A stretch of DNA of 64,000 nt from Setoptus koraiensis (lineage: Eukaryota > Animalia > Arthropoda): the NCBI GenBank assembly GCA_048013815.1, contig CM106586.1:3534001-3598000 (forward strand), in the 5' to 3' direction. Positions 10,937-21,260 of the stretch are shown in pieces. The notes beneath the pieces are model-generated. The model saw only the letters and a list, made by a program, of their open reading frames with translations. It was not told the origin of the DNA and did no database searches. Numbering within the stretch: the first letter of the stretch is position 1; each line of letters begins with the position of its first letter. A program made the translations under genes and the position numbers.

Positions 10937-12584
10937 ATGAGCCACATCTACATCCAAGAACCTCGAACTGAAGGCAAGGTAAACTACTAAATTGAATTCT
11001 TTCTCAATTTGCCACACAGAACTCAATAAATAGTGACTTACCCATCTCGAATACATGCTAGCATACTAACATAATATTGTTTCTCACTTTAAAATAAATC
11101 AGGTTCTACTCAGTACTACCGTTGGTGACATAGAACTCGAATTTTGGCCTAAAGAATGTCCCAAAGCAACAAGGAATTTTATACAGCTATGTCTGGAAGG
11201 ATACTACAACGATACGATTTTTCACAGAATTGTTCCAGATTTCATCGCTGTAGGTGGAGATCCTACAGGTACCGGCTTAGGTGGTGATTCAATATATGGT
11301 AAACCATTCAGAGATGAGTTTCATTCGAGGCTCAGATTCAACCGGAGAGGCCTGCTAGCAATGGCCAATCTCGCCAAGGACGATAACAATTCTCAGTTCC
11401 TTTTCACAATGGGACCAGCTACAGAGCTACAGAATAAGCATACAATTTTTGGTAGGGTAATTGGCGACAGTATCTATAACATGATAAAACTCAATGAATG
11501 CCAAATTGATAAAAACGAAAGACCCTTGAATGTTCAGAAGATCTTCAAAGCAACAGTGATTGAAAATCCATTCCGTGATATTGTTCCTAGAAGTATCGAG
11601 ATAAAAAAGGTATCCACTAAAGACAAGAAATCGAACGAACGACTGCAAGATGAAAAAGAAGAGGCCCCAGCAAAGAAAGATTTCAAGCTACTCTCATTTG
11701 GGGATGAAGCCGAGGATGATGACCAAGAGGACGTCGATGATATTACATTTAAGACACGAGGTAAATCTAAGTCTTCTCATGTCATTCTGGATGACCCCAC
11801 TCTGAGTGCTGAGCCAGCTATAAAGAAAGAATGTACAGAGAACGTCGAAACACCTCCAAAACATACTGTCCTTATTAAGACCGAGAAAAGTTCTGAGTGC
11901 GAACCTAATTTGAGTGAAGTGCCAACCAAGAAGAGTAAAAAGAAAAGACTGTAAGTAGCTATGAAATTGATTATTCTACGAATATCGTAAGCAATCTCCC
12001 CTTTTTGACTAATTCTTATCTGATTCTTTTACAATCAACCTTTTCGCAGTGATGAAATCCATAGAGAGTTGGAAAGAATAAAGCAAGAAATCAACGAGCA
12101 AAATAAACAAATGGGGAGAATCAAGAAAGAAAGTCCAAACATAGGTATTGACTGTGATAGCCCCGAGGAGAATAAACTTGCAGCCGAGATTCTGGGTCAA
12201 GAAACTAGAGATTTATACGAGAAGATGAAGAGCATTCCTAAAAAAGGATCTAGAGATCGTGAAAGTCAAACTTTAGCCATGATTAAAAAATTCAAGCAGG
12301 AGCTCTCTTCGACGAAAGCCTCAAGCAACAAGTCCTCTGATGATTGTGAACTTGATAACTCCAGTTGGCTTGATCACGAATTCAATGTTGAGAACGACCT
12401 GGTTATTGCTAAAGATGCTAATCTTAAGACGGAGGACTGGTACTCCATCGAGGATCCCCGTAACCCAATGAACAAGAGAAGGCGTGAACATAAATCTTCA
12501 TCTCACAGGTCACACCACAGATCTTCCCATAGATCTCCACATAGGTCTTCATCCAGGTCATCACCATCTCGTCGTCACGAATAA
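10937..12584 (+). CDS. CWC27: Spliceosome-associated cyclophilin CWC27, join(10937..10978,11103..11950,12050..12584), 474 aa
   Basis: MSHIYIQEPRTEGK|VLLSTTVGDIELEFWPKECPKATRNFIQLCLEGYY...FHSRLRFNRRGLLAMAN...ELQNKHTIFG matches the CWC27 N-terminus. GT-AG introns of 124 and 99 nt keep frame (phases 0 and 2). C-terminal WYSIEDPRNPMNKRRR motif. Confidence 0.95.
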
Positions 12585-12896
12585 ATTCTCGGGTTCGACA
12601 AGAATTCTGAAGTAGCATCAACTCATTACTTAAAACCTACTATTTGTAGTGACGTTTTTTACTCTCTACAAAACTTTAATAATTCTCTTTTTAGTGCCCA
12701 TTATTTACAAATAGTGTGTGGGGTGTAATTTTTTGATCCTAGAAAAACTCTCTTGATACGTGAAAAGAGAAGGGGGATAAAGGCCACAAGGTTGAGCCGC
12801 ACACGTGTCGCTTTCATTTAGATCTCTTTCGGTATGTTTTTTATTATATATATATATAATTCATCTGTATCTGTTTCTTCCTCGATAGATATTGAC

Positions 12897-15446
12897 CTAA
12901 CTGGAGCTACTGACGGCAATTTTTTTCAAGTGTTCCTCGAACACTCCGTAAGCTACGTCGTCTGTCAGCACGGGCGCCATAGCAGGATCACTGTAATAAC
13001 CCGTGTTTGTATTGTGAGTTATTGAAGGATTCACTCGAGACAGTAGGAATCTAGCTTGAGACGAGCCTTGATCACAAACAACGTAACGCGGCAATGGAAA
13101 TCTGCTTAACATTAGATCACTGGCATCGTTGATAGGCGCCTCGAGAAATTGCTTGAAGGCTTCGTAGCCTTCTTGATTCTGGTAACCTTGTTTCTTCCAA
13201 GCTGCCACCTTCTCTCCATGAAATATTACAATTTGAAAGAATGTGTCCATAACAAGTATCCTATCAGGTTGTATGGATGATGTGTCTAGTGATACAGGTC
13301 GTGTTTCTTGGTAAAGTTCATAAGCAAATAATGCTGGTTGTACCATCAAAAGCGAATTAGAGCAGTCCTCTCGCATTAGCGTATGCCTATAAAATGAAGT
13401 TTCATCTGGCGAGTTGTTGAAAACTTGAATAAATTGTGAACGACGTAGGTTAAATATAAACTGAGGGAACATTGCAAACCTCTCCTTCAACCTAAATGAT
13501 TCTGGGCTATCTTTCTGAAATTCACCAAACTTTTGACAAATTCGAATAAGACAGCGATCTAGCCATCTCAGAATATCCTGGCCATTAGCGTCATTTGAAT
13601 CAGACTTGAAACAAGCCATACGAGCAATAAGAACAGCGGCGCTTTCCTGATCAAACTCGAAATCATCGGCTCCAAAGTATCTCCTCACTGTGGTTGCCCT
13701 GGTGTGCTTATATCCATCTGAACCCTGGTATTGGGTGATAAATTGTACATAGCCACTTGGTATAGATTGTCCTTGCGTAGGGGCTGCTTGAACAACGAAA
13801 TATAGTGCTGTTGTTGTGGACGGTGTTAGTGAACAAAACTTCCATACAGAGGTACCACCTAGACCATCTTTCCGATCTGATACGTATTGAGTTCGTTTGT
13901 CTAAACTAATGCATGAGCCGATTGCCCCACTGACTTTCAGACCTCGAGAGGTCTTGACATCCAGCACAGCGTTGAATGCCATTTGTAGGTTTTGTTTCTT
14001 ATCTTTAGCGAATAATCGTTGGAATGATGTTTTAAATAAATTTGAATCGAAAGAGTCGCACATGACCATTAGCCCACTAGTCATATTTGTGCAACACTTC
14101 ATCTCATGCAATCCAGTTTGATCTAAGCAACCACTAAATATATCAATTGTATGGCCATTCTTCGAGGCCGCATCTGCCAATGACTTATAGAATTCTGAAG
14201 CTTTCTTCATATATTTAGCATTATCCTTCTCTATATCGTTGTGTGTTCGTATAGTGTTTTTCAAATCATCGTCGATAACCATACCAGGTCCCACCGTGCA
14301 TGGCCCGCCCAAGAATAACATTATTCTTGCGCCTGATTGAGGATAAGTTGTTTCTAGAAGGTTTAATGCAACTGACATTGCCGCACCAACAGCCCGCAAG
14401 CGCCTTCGTCCGTCTACTACCGGCCAGGTGTTTTTGCCAACTTGGTCAGTAATTTCCTCAAAGACAGGAATTATTTCACTTGCCGGTTTAATAAACTTAT
14501 GTACATTGTTTTTAAAAGTTGTCGAGTTGGCGTTAGTGACATTTGGTAATCTTGCGCCAAGCATAGGTGCGCCATATGGTGCTGTTTGTACTCCCGGGGG
14601 AACCTGAGGTCTAATTTGATTCGGCAGAGGTTGTGCGTAACGCATACCAGCGTTTTGCGGTAGGTATGATTGCTGATTGGGTCCAGACGGATGGTGACCA
14701 TTTGTTATCGGTGGTTGTCCAGGTAGAATGTTGTTGATTACACCGGGTGGCGGCATGTTTGGCGCACCCGCCATTGCATTAGAGCGAGAGACATTTTGTG
14801 CATTACCAACACCAAGCCATTCTTGTAGTTGCTTGGCTTTATAATCTTTTTGGCCACAGAATATAAAAGATTTCAAATGTTTACTATTACTTAATTCCCA
14901 TAGATAAACTGTACGATTAAATGTTATAAAACCAACACAAGCGTTCTTTGGCAATAGCGACAATGATGTCAATAACGATTGCCTTAGTGATGCAAATTCT
15001 TCTTCGTCTATGCTAGTGTCTACCACATATAAAAAGACCGGCGGATTAGGCACATATTGATTTGCTAGAGTGTAGTCTATGGTAGTCCGATTTAGTTCAG
15101 GTATTTCTTCGCGCGATCTCACTAGCTGATATTGCTGAGGGAATGGATTACGATTACTGCAAAAATTGCAAGTCCATATTTTTGAATTTAAATCTGGATA
15201 ACAATAAGGGTTTAGTACAGCATGACAAGTTGGCCGACCACATAATAGCGGATCCTGACGCAATTCACAATAATAGTCTGTGTATGTAGATGGCTCCTTC
15301 AAAGGTGTATACAGACAGCCTAATGTAAGGACGATTTTTTCAAGCTCAATACTAGACATTGGCCATTTGTTCCAATTGAATCGTACCCCATCGACATCCT
15401 CCTCAAAATCTAAATTGACCGGCTGATACATAGGATGGTTAGCCAT
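12897..15446 (-). CDS. SEC23: COPII inner-coat protein Sec23 (849 aa), intronless
   Basis: [12 protein letters not shown] start, zinc finger CxxxxC...CNFC, trunk FLYVVDT, gelsolin domain and GAP arginine motif [18 protein letters not shown]-terminal LTDDV...F.EHLKKIAV. Confidence 0.97.
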   Translation of the reverse strand: MANHPMYQPVNLDFEEDVDGVRFNWNKWPMSSIELEKIVLTLGCLYTPLKEPSTYTDYYCELRQDPLLCGRPTCHAVLNPYCYPDLNSKIWTCNFCSNRNPFPQQYQLVRSREEIPELNRTTIDYTLANQYVPNPPVFLYVVDTSIDEEEFASLRQSLLTSLSLLPKNACVGFITFNRTVYLWELSNSKHLKSFIFCGQKDYKAKQLQEWLGVGNAQNVSRSNAMAGAPNMPPPGVINNILPGQPPITNGHHPSGPNQQSYLPQNAGMRYAQPLPNQIRPQVPPGVQTAPYGAPMLGARLPNVTNANSTTFKNNVHKFIKPASEIIPVFEEITDQVGKNTWPVVDGRRRLRAVGAAMSVALNLLETTYPQSGARIMLFLGGPCTVGPGMVIDDDLKNTIRTHNDIEKDNAKYMKKASEFYKSLADAASKNGHTIDIFSGCLDQTGLHEMKCCTNMTSGLMVMCDSFDSNLFKTSFQRLFAKDKKQNLQMAFNAVLDVKTSRGLKVSGAIGSCISLDKRTQYVSDRKDGLGGTSVWKFCSLTPSTTTALYFVVQAAPTQGQSIPSGYVQFITQYQGSDGYKHTRATTVRRYFGADDFEFDQESAAVLIARMACFKSDSNDANGQDILRWLDRCLIRICQKFGEFQKDSPESFRLKERFAMFPQFIFNLRRSQFIQVFNNSPDETSFYRHTLMREDCSNSLLMVQPALFAYELYQETRPVSLDTSSIQPDRILVMDTFFQIVIFHGEKVAAWKKQGYQNQEGYEAFKQFLEAPINDASDLMLSRFPLPRYVVCDQGSSQARFLLSRVNPSITHNTNTGYYSDPAMAPVLTDDVAYGVFEEHLKKIAVSSSS

Positions 15447-16001
15447 ATTGTTGTTGTTATTAGAATGTTTCCCGTATCAGAATTAATGTGCCGTTATAAA
15501 TAATAGTAATAGCAATAATATATTGAGATAATAATTTATATATAAATGTATATATTAAGAGGATAAATTATGTCCTATGTGTATATATATTAGAATCTGA
15601 TAATAGTATTCTATGAATTCTTCATTTCTCAAGAGCAAAGCCGAGAAGATAATCTGTCTGTGCCTATGATGTATTTTCGCTAGTCGCACCCCTCTCTTGT
15701 GATGTGTATTTGACAGTAGGTGATATCAGGCTGTTTGCAAAATGGACGCACATTTGAGCGTTTGTCTGTCTGCTCGTTTGGCTCGAGCATCCGCCTAAAT
15801 ATTGTGTGCGTTTGTCCGTTTGTGTGTAACGCTGATAGCCCCATGCAAGCTCCAAAACGCTATCGTTGGTCAATGAGTTAGCATTACGTGTGCTTGTTTT
15901 TTCATTTGGTGGTGCGTCAATGCCGCAAGGGGAATAGCCCAACAATGTGCTATTTTCTACTGCTAATACTGCACACAATCCCATGCACAGTCCGGGTTGT
16001 C

Positions 16002-16209
16002 CCGCCCGCACGCCCGCCCCTCTCTCGCGGCTCGCTAAAGCAGCGAGCTCCCTGTGGGAGACATGACCGGGACCTGTATGGGAGAACCCGGTCTTTCCGT
16101 CTGCTGATCTTGAATGTCATGTGCATTATGTAATGGTTACACAACTTACAAGTTGTCAGGAAGCTCAAAGGAAGCTCCCATACCCGTTTCGCATGGGAGC
16201 TACGGGCGG
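16002..16209. ncRNA. Candidate structured RNA or structured 5'-UTR element (several hairpins, possible pseudoknot) between divergent SEC23 and DHX38
   Basis: Complementary segments read directly: 16030-36/16042-48, 16065-71/16087-93, 16061-67/16116-22, 16141-46/16151-56, 16173-81/16193-201 and 16002-08/16203-09. No known family recognised. Confidence 0.3.
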
Positions 16210-16376
16210 TTCTATCGCGGAAAATCGTTATTTACACATTCAAATATCCCGCTCTGAATCTCTCGAAGGTGATCTGTCACACTCGGAACATAATCAATGG
16301 ATTAGCAATTATAATTTAATTAGACCCAATATTATGATCAATTATTGTTCTTGTTGTTTGGCTACTTCACAGTAAC

Positions 16377-18857
16377 ATGAATCCGCCATCGGACAATCGT
16401 TACCATCGCAAAAAGCAGTACATACCGGCGTCGCCATATTCTACACCATCGACAGTGTCATCCACTAGCACCAATAGCGGCTCTTCTTCTTACTCTGTCA
16501 AAAGACCCTATGACGACATAAACTATGACGACGATGATCAGTCCGAGGACAAAATTGTCCATATCATTGTTCACGATAAGATACCGCCATTTCTGGATGG
16601 AAAAATCAGGACTAAATCAGCTCAGTTAAAACCAGTAGAGCCAGTTCGAGATCCTACTAGTGATATTGTCAAGGTAGCCAAAAAAGGTTCAGCTCTCGTT
16701 GCGGAAGCGCGCAAACAGCGCGAGGCAAAAAAAGCTCAAAGGAAAGAATGGCAACTCGCAGGTTCGCAGCTTGGTGATATTCTGAGTATCAAAGCGGAGG
16801 AAGAATCCTATGACACAAGTAGCATACGAGACGGTTTTGGTAAGCACATGCAAACGGATGTGGCAAAAATCAATCGTGATAAAATCAGAGAACAAAGAAA
16901 CTCTCTGCCAGTCTATGGGTGCAGGAATGAACTTTTGCGACTCATAAATGAAAATAACATAATCATCGTTGTGGGTGAAACTGGATCAGGAAAGACAACT
17001 CAGCTGACTCAGTATCTATATGAAGATGGACGATACCATCGTCGGGGGAAAATTGCTTGCACCCAGCCAAGAAGGGTTGCAGCAATGTCAGTTGCCCAGA
17101 GGGTCTCTCAAGAGATGGGAGTGAAGTTAGGAGAGGAGGTTGGATACACTATCAGATTTGAGGATCTAACCTCTGATAAGACAATAATTAAATATATGAC
17201 GGATGGTATACTATTGAGAGAAACTCTCTCCGATCGTGATCTAGATGACTATTCCGCCATTATCATGGACGAGGCGCATGAGCGAAGTCTGAATACTGAC
17301 ATTTTATTTGGTATACTGAGAGAAGTTTCAGCTAACCGCAATGATCTCAAATTAATTATAACATCTGCCACCATGGATTCTGCCAAATTTTCACAATTCT
17401 TCGCCAACGTGCCCGTCTTCCATATTCCTGGTCGTACCTTCCCAGTTGAGATATTACATTCCAAAAACCCAGTCGAAGATTATGTTGCTGCAGCAGTCTC
17501 CGAATCGGTTCGTCTTCACTTAACACACAAGGATGAACAAGGGGACATTATGATTTTTATGCCAGGCCAAGAAGAGATAGAAGTAACTTGTGATAAAATC
17601 AAAGAAAGACTGGAGGATCTAGAAAAGCAAGTAGAAGATGGAGAAATTGGATTACTCAAAATCCTACCCATGTACTCCTCTTTGAGTGCTGAGAAACAAG
17701 CCGAAGTCTTCAAAGAGACCAAAGACGGAGCCAGAAAGTGCGTTGTAGCAACAAACATAGCAGAAACTTCTCTCACAGTGGACGGAATAAGATATGTTAT
17801 TGATTCCGGTTTCAGTCGACTGAAAGTCTTTCTACCTGGAATGGGAATCGACGCACTTCTTGTTTATCCGATATCTCAAGCGAATGCAACCCAAAGGTCA
17901 GGACGTGCTGGTCGAACTGGCCCTGGACGATGCATTAGACTTTATACTGAGACTCAATTTCGACATGAACTTTTAGTTTCAGCGGTTCCTGAAATTCAGC
18001 GATCTAACTTATCAAATGTCATACTTCTACTCAAGTCTTTGGGTGTCGATGATCTACTATCCTTTCATTTCATGGATCCACCACCCAGGGATAACATTTA
18101 CAATTCTATGTATCAACTATGGATGCTAGAGGCCCTGGACAATCAGGGCCAGCTTACAAACCTTGGCCGCGATATGGCTAACTTTCCTGTTGATCCCAAG
18201 ATGTCTAAGATGCTTCTAGAGTCTTCAGATATGGGCTGCTCAACGGAAGTCCTTATTATTGTAGCCATGTTGTCCGGTCCGTCGGTCTTTTACCGACCCA
18301 AAGGACGAGAGCAAGAGAGTGATAGGGCCCGAGAGAAGTTTTACATACACGAATCAGATCATCTAACTCTACTAAATATATATAGACAATGGGAAAAGAA
18401 TAAATATTCATCTCATTGGTGCAACCAGCATTTTTTTCATCATAAAGTGCTGGTCAAAGTGAAGGATGTTCTTGGGCAACTAAAAGATATAATGACTAAA
18501 AGGAAGTATCCTTTGATATCTAGCAAAGATGAGGACTTAATCAAAAAGTGTATATGTAAATCTTACTTCCACCAGGCAGCAAAATTGAAGAACCTGCGAG
18601 AATATGTAAACTTAAGGACCGGTGTACCCTGCCAATTGCACGCTTCGTCCGCTATTGCGGGTATGGGCAATCTGCCCACCTATGTGATATACCACGAGTT
18701 GGTTAAAACGACTAAAGAGTTCATGCAGTGTACTACTGCAATTGAAGGAGAGTGGCTGGCAGAGCTTGGTCCGATGTTTTACCAGATAAGAACTAATGTG
18801 TTCAAGCCTATTGATCAAAAATCGCAGAGAAGCTATCGCTCTACGCCCAGTATTTAG
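16377..18857 (+). CDS. DHX38: Pre-mRNA splicing DEAH-box helicase Prp16/DHX38 (826 aa), intronless, N-terminally shortened
   Basis: [23 protein letters not shown] motifs, HA2 and OB-fold. The Prp16-specific segment IPPFLDG...PVRDPTSD...KKGS...[12 protein letters not shown] distinguishes it from Prp22/Prp43. Confidence 0.95.
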   Translation: MNPPSDNRYHRKKQYIPASPYSTPSTVSSTSTNSGSSSYSVKRPYDDINYDDDDQSEDKIVHIIVHDKIPPFLDGKIRTKSAQLKPVEPVRDPTSDIVKVAKKGSALVAEARKQREAKKAQRKEWQLAGSQLGDILSIKAEEESYDTSSIRDGFGKHMQTDVAKINRDKIREQRNSLPVYGCRNELLRLINENNIIIVVGETGSGKTTQLTQYLYEDGRYHRRGKIACTQPRRVAAMSVAQRVSQEMGVKLGEEVGYTIRFEDLTSDKTIIKYMTDGILLRETLSDRDLDDYSAIIMDEAHERSLNTDILFGILREVSANRNDLKLIITSATMDSAKFSQFFANVPVFHIPGRTFPVEILHSKNPVEDYVAAAVSESVRLHLTHKDEQGDIMIFMPGQEEIEVTCDKIKERLEDLEKQVEDGEIGLLKILPMYSSLSAEKQAEVFKETKDGARKCVVATNIAETSLTVDGIRYVIDSGFSRLKVFLPGMGIDALLVYPISQANATQRSGRAGRTGPGRCIRLYTETQFRHELLVSAVPEIQRSNLSNVILLLKSLGVDDLLSFHFMDPPPRDNIYNSMYQLWMLEALDNQGQLTNLGRDMANFPVDPKMSKMLLESSDMGCSTEVLIIVAMLSGPSVFYRPKGREQESDRAREKFYIHESDHLTLLNIYRQWEKNKYSSHWCNQHFFHHKVLVKVKDVLGQLKDIMTKRKYPLISSKDEDLIKKCICKSYFHQAAKLKNLREYVNLRTGVPCQLHASSAIAGMGNLPTYVIYHELVKTTKEFMQCTTAIEGEWLAELGPMFYQIRTNVFKPIDQKSQRSYRSTPSI

Positions 18858-18926
18858 ACTGTATCAAATGAACTGCTGTGATAAATTGCATAACTGCACA
18901 ATTAACTGACGCTTTATTTACAAAGT

Positions 18927-19832
18927 TCACTTTCCTCTTGCCAATGCCTTGATGGCTTGTCTGACTTGCTTTTGTTGAAGAGTTCTTGTTGGTGGATCAT
19001 CATATAAATCCAGATTGTCTTTTAAGTGTTCTATGTAGCCTTCTGGGAATTCCGGATGTATTTCTTTGAGGTACTCGATATCGGTGTTGGGAAAGCGGCG
19101 TAATAGATTCCTGATATGACGTGAGGTTCTACTACGCCCTCCATTATATTTAGACAGTTGTTGCTCTTTATATCTCTGAATAAACCAATCTGTTTCTTCT
19201 TTTTTACCAGGTCCTTGGGTTTCTCTGAATATTCTATTGCTTCTATATGGCACAAGATGTTGAGAACACTTGTGCCATCTATGCCTACCGAATACATCAC
19301 GTCTGAAGACAGTTCGTCTCTCTCCTGAGGCCTCGGGCGAAACCTCTAGCTGCCAATATGCTTTGTTTCTCTCTCTGACAACATTCTCTAAGTTGGCCAT
19401 ACTCTCCTCCACCTTGTCAATCCTTTCGGGGTTGGGGAAACTTTCCTTTTGAACATCAGCGTCTTCTTTCATTGTCAGAAGCATGTTTCTCTCCTTATAG
19501 AGCACGAACCATAGTTTGTGTAGATCAGAATTGGATTTCAATCTAAGTTCATCCGTCTTCCATGCACGGCCGGATCTAATACGTTTCTCACCCCAGTTAT
19601 CAGGTACTTCGAAGAACTCCATCAGTTTCTTCTGTGTATCTGTAAGCTTTTGTGTATTTATAGGCATTATATCTGTAGACGGTGTATCTGTGGAAGATGA
19701 TCGTATGAATGCACATCCAGGTCTTGCTGATCGCAGAAGGGCGGCGATGCCTTTGTTCATGGCTAGCTTTGCGGTGATACCTTGTAGATTATGTGCCATG
19801 ACGGCGGTTTCGAATCCAAGTTTCCGAAACAT
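18927..19832 (-). CDS. MRPL47: Mitochondrial ribosomal protein L47 (uL29m), 301 aa
   Basis: GRAWKTDELRLKSNSDLHKLWFVLYKERNMLLTM...PNPERIDKVEESM..LE.VVRERNKAY is the MRP-L47 signature; Arg/Ser-rich N-terminal presequence. Confidence 0.95.
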   Translation of the reverse strand: MFRKLGFETAVMAHNLQGITAKLAMNKGIAALLRSARPGCAFIRSSSTDTPSTDIMPINTQKLTDTQKKLMEFFEVPDNWGEKRIRSGRAWKTDELRLKSNSDLHKLWFVLYKERNMLLTMKEDADVQKESFPNPERIDKVEESMANLENVVRERNKAYWQLEVSPEASGERRTVFRRDVFGRHRWHKCSQHLVPYRSNRIFRETQGPGKKEETDWFIQRYKEQQLSKYNGGRSRTSRHIRNLLRRFPNTDIEYLKEIHPEFPEGYIEHLKDNLDLYDDPPTRTLQQKQVRQAIKALARGK

Positions 19833-20283
19833 TTCCTTTGATATTAATAGACTCTGCGATACTGTGGGGCCTGTCAGTAGAGATTCATGTAATATCAGAT
19901 TCGAATCGACATCACATGGTTCACATGTGTCGCGGCTGAAAAAAAAACATGAGTTTGAAAGTTGCGCTTCACTATAGCGTTATGGTACAATCAATAAAAC
20001 AAATAGAGTCAGTTTGAATTTGCTTTCCCCCATGTTGCTGAATTCATTATGGAAGATTCCCATCTGTAATGGGGAAATGAACGATCTCCACAGCGAAGGG
20101 TACGGATCGTAAAAGGCGCAGCGTGGAGACCAGATCCATGGCGCATGAAATCCATGTGTTGTCGGAATCAATCAGAATTTGACTCAAGTATCTTGTTGTA
20201 TATGTTGAACTCTTTAGTATTATAATATTGTTGTCAACTGATAATCGGAACACATCAAAGGAAATTGTATCTAAACTACTGTT

Positions 20284-21260
20284 ATGGCACAAAACTTGAA
20301 GGATCTAGCCACAAAGTTGGCCAAAACCAAAGGAGCCGCTGCCTTGATTGGATTGGCCGGCTTAGGATACGCGGCCAGTCAGTCATTTTTCACAGTCGAG
20401 GGTGGTCACCGAGCAATCATATTCAGTCGTGTTGGTGGCATCAAAAACGAAGTATTCTCCGAAGGTCTACATTTTCGAATTCCATGGATTCAGCACCCAA
20501 TAGACTATGATATTAGAGCGAGGCCTAGAAAAGTGTCATCGCCTACTGGAAGCAAAGATCTTCAGATGGTCAATATAACCCTTAGGGTGCTAGCAAGGCC
20601 TGATGCCACACAGTTGCCTGCCATGTATCGTCTACTAGGACTCGACTATGACGAGAGAGTCCTACCTTCAATTTGTAACGAGGTGTGTACCTGAAGGCTT
20701 CGATAGACATCTTGCAGAATAATCGAAACAGCCACTAATTTTTTTTCTTTATTCGATTTTCATCAACTCCGTTTTAGGTTCTAAAAAGTGTCGTTGCAAA
20801 ATTTAACGCCGCTCAATTGATTCAGGAACGTCAGCGTGTTTCCCTTGTCGTGCGTCAAATGTTGACAGATAGAGCAAGAGATTTCAACATTATTCTAGAC
20901 GACGTTTCTATTACAGAGCTAAGTTTTGGTCGTGAGTACACCGCAGCCATCGAGGCGAAACAAGTTGCTCAGCAAGAGGCCCAAAGAGCGTTCTTTGAAG
21001 TGGAGAAAGCCAAACAAGAGCGTCAACGGAAAATTGTTCAGGCTGAGGGTGAAGCCGAAGCCGCTAAAATGTTGGGAGAATCTATTTCAAAGAACCCAGG
21101 TTATCTTAAGTTGAGGAAGATACGCGCCGCCCAACAAATTGCTCGAACAATTTCACATAGCCAGAACACAGTCTATCTCAATGGTCAATCACTAATGCTT
21201 AATATAGCAGACAAAGATTTCGATATTACAACTGCTACTATTCAACCAGGCCGCAAATAA
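20284..21260 (+). CDS. PHB2: Prohibitin-2, join(20284..20682,20778..21260), 293 aa
   Basis: [20 protein letters not shown]...[13 protein letters not shown]...[15 protein letters not shown]...[10 protein letters not shown]|[15 protein letters not shown]...[15 protein letters not shown]; 95-nt phase-0 GT-AG intron. Confidence 0.96.

Noticed and set aside
16002-16209. RNase P/MRP RNA (GGAAGCUCCC and GGGAGCUAC resemble CR-I and CR-V halves of P4) or telomerase RNA
   Set aside because: The two halves are only about 12 nt apart rather than at opposite ends of a 250-300-nt RNA, and no CCUAA-type template is adjacent. Kept only as an unknown structured element.
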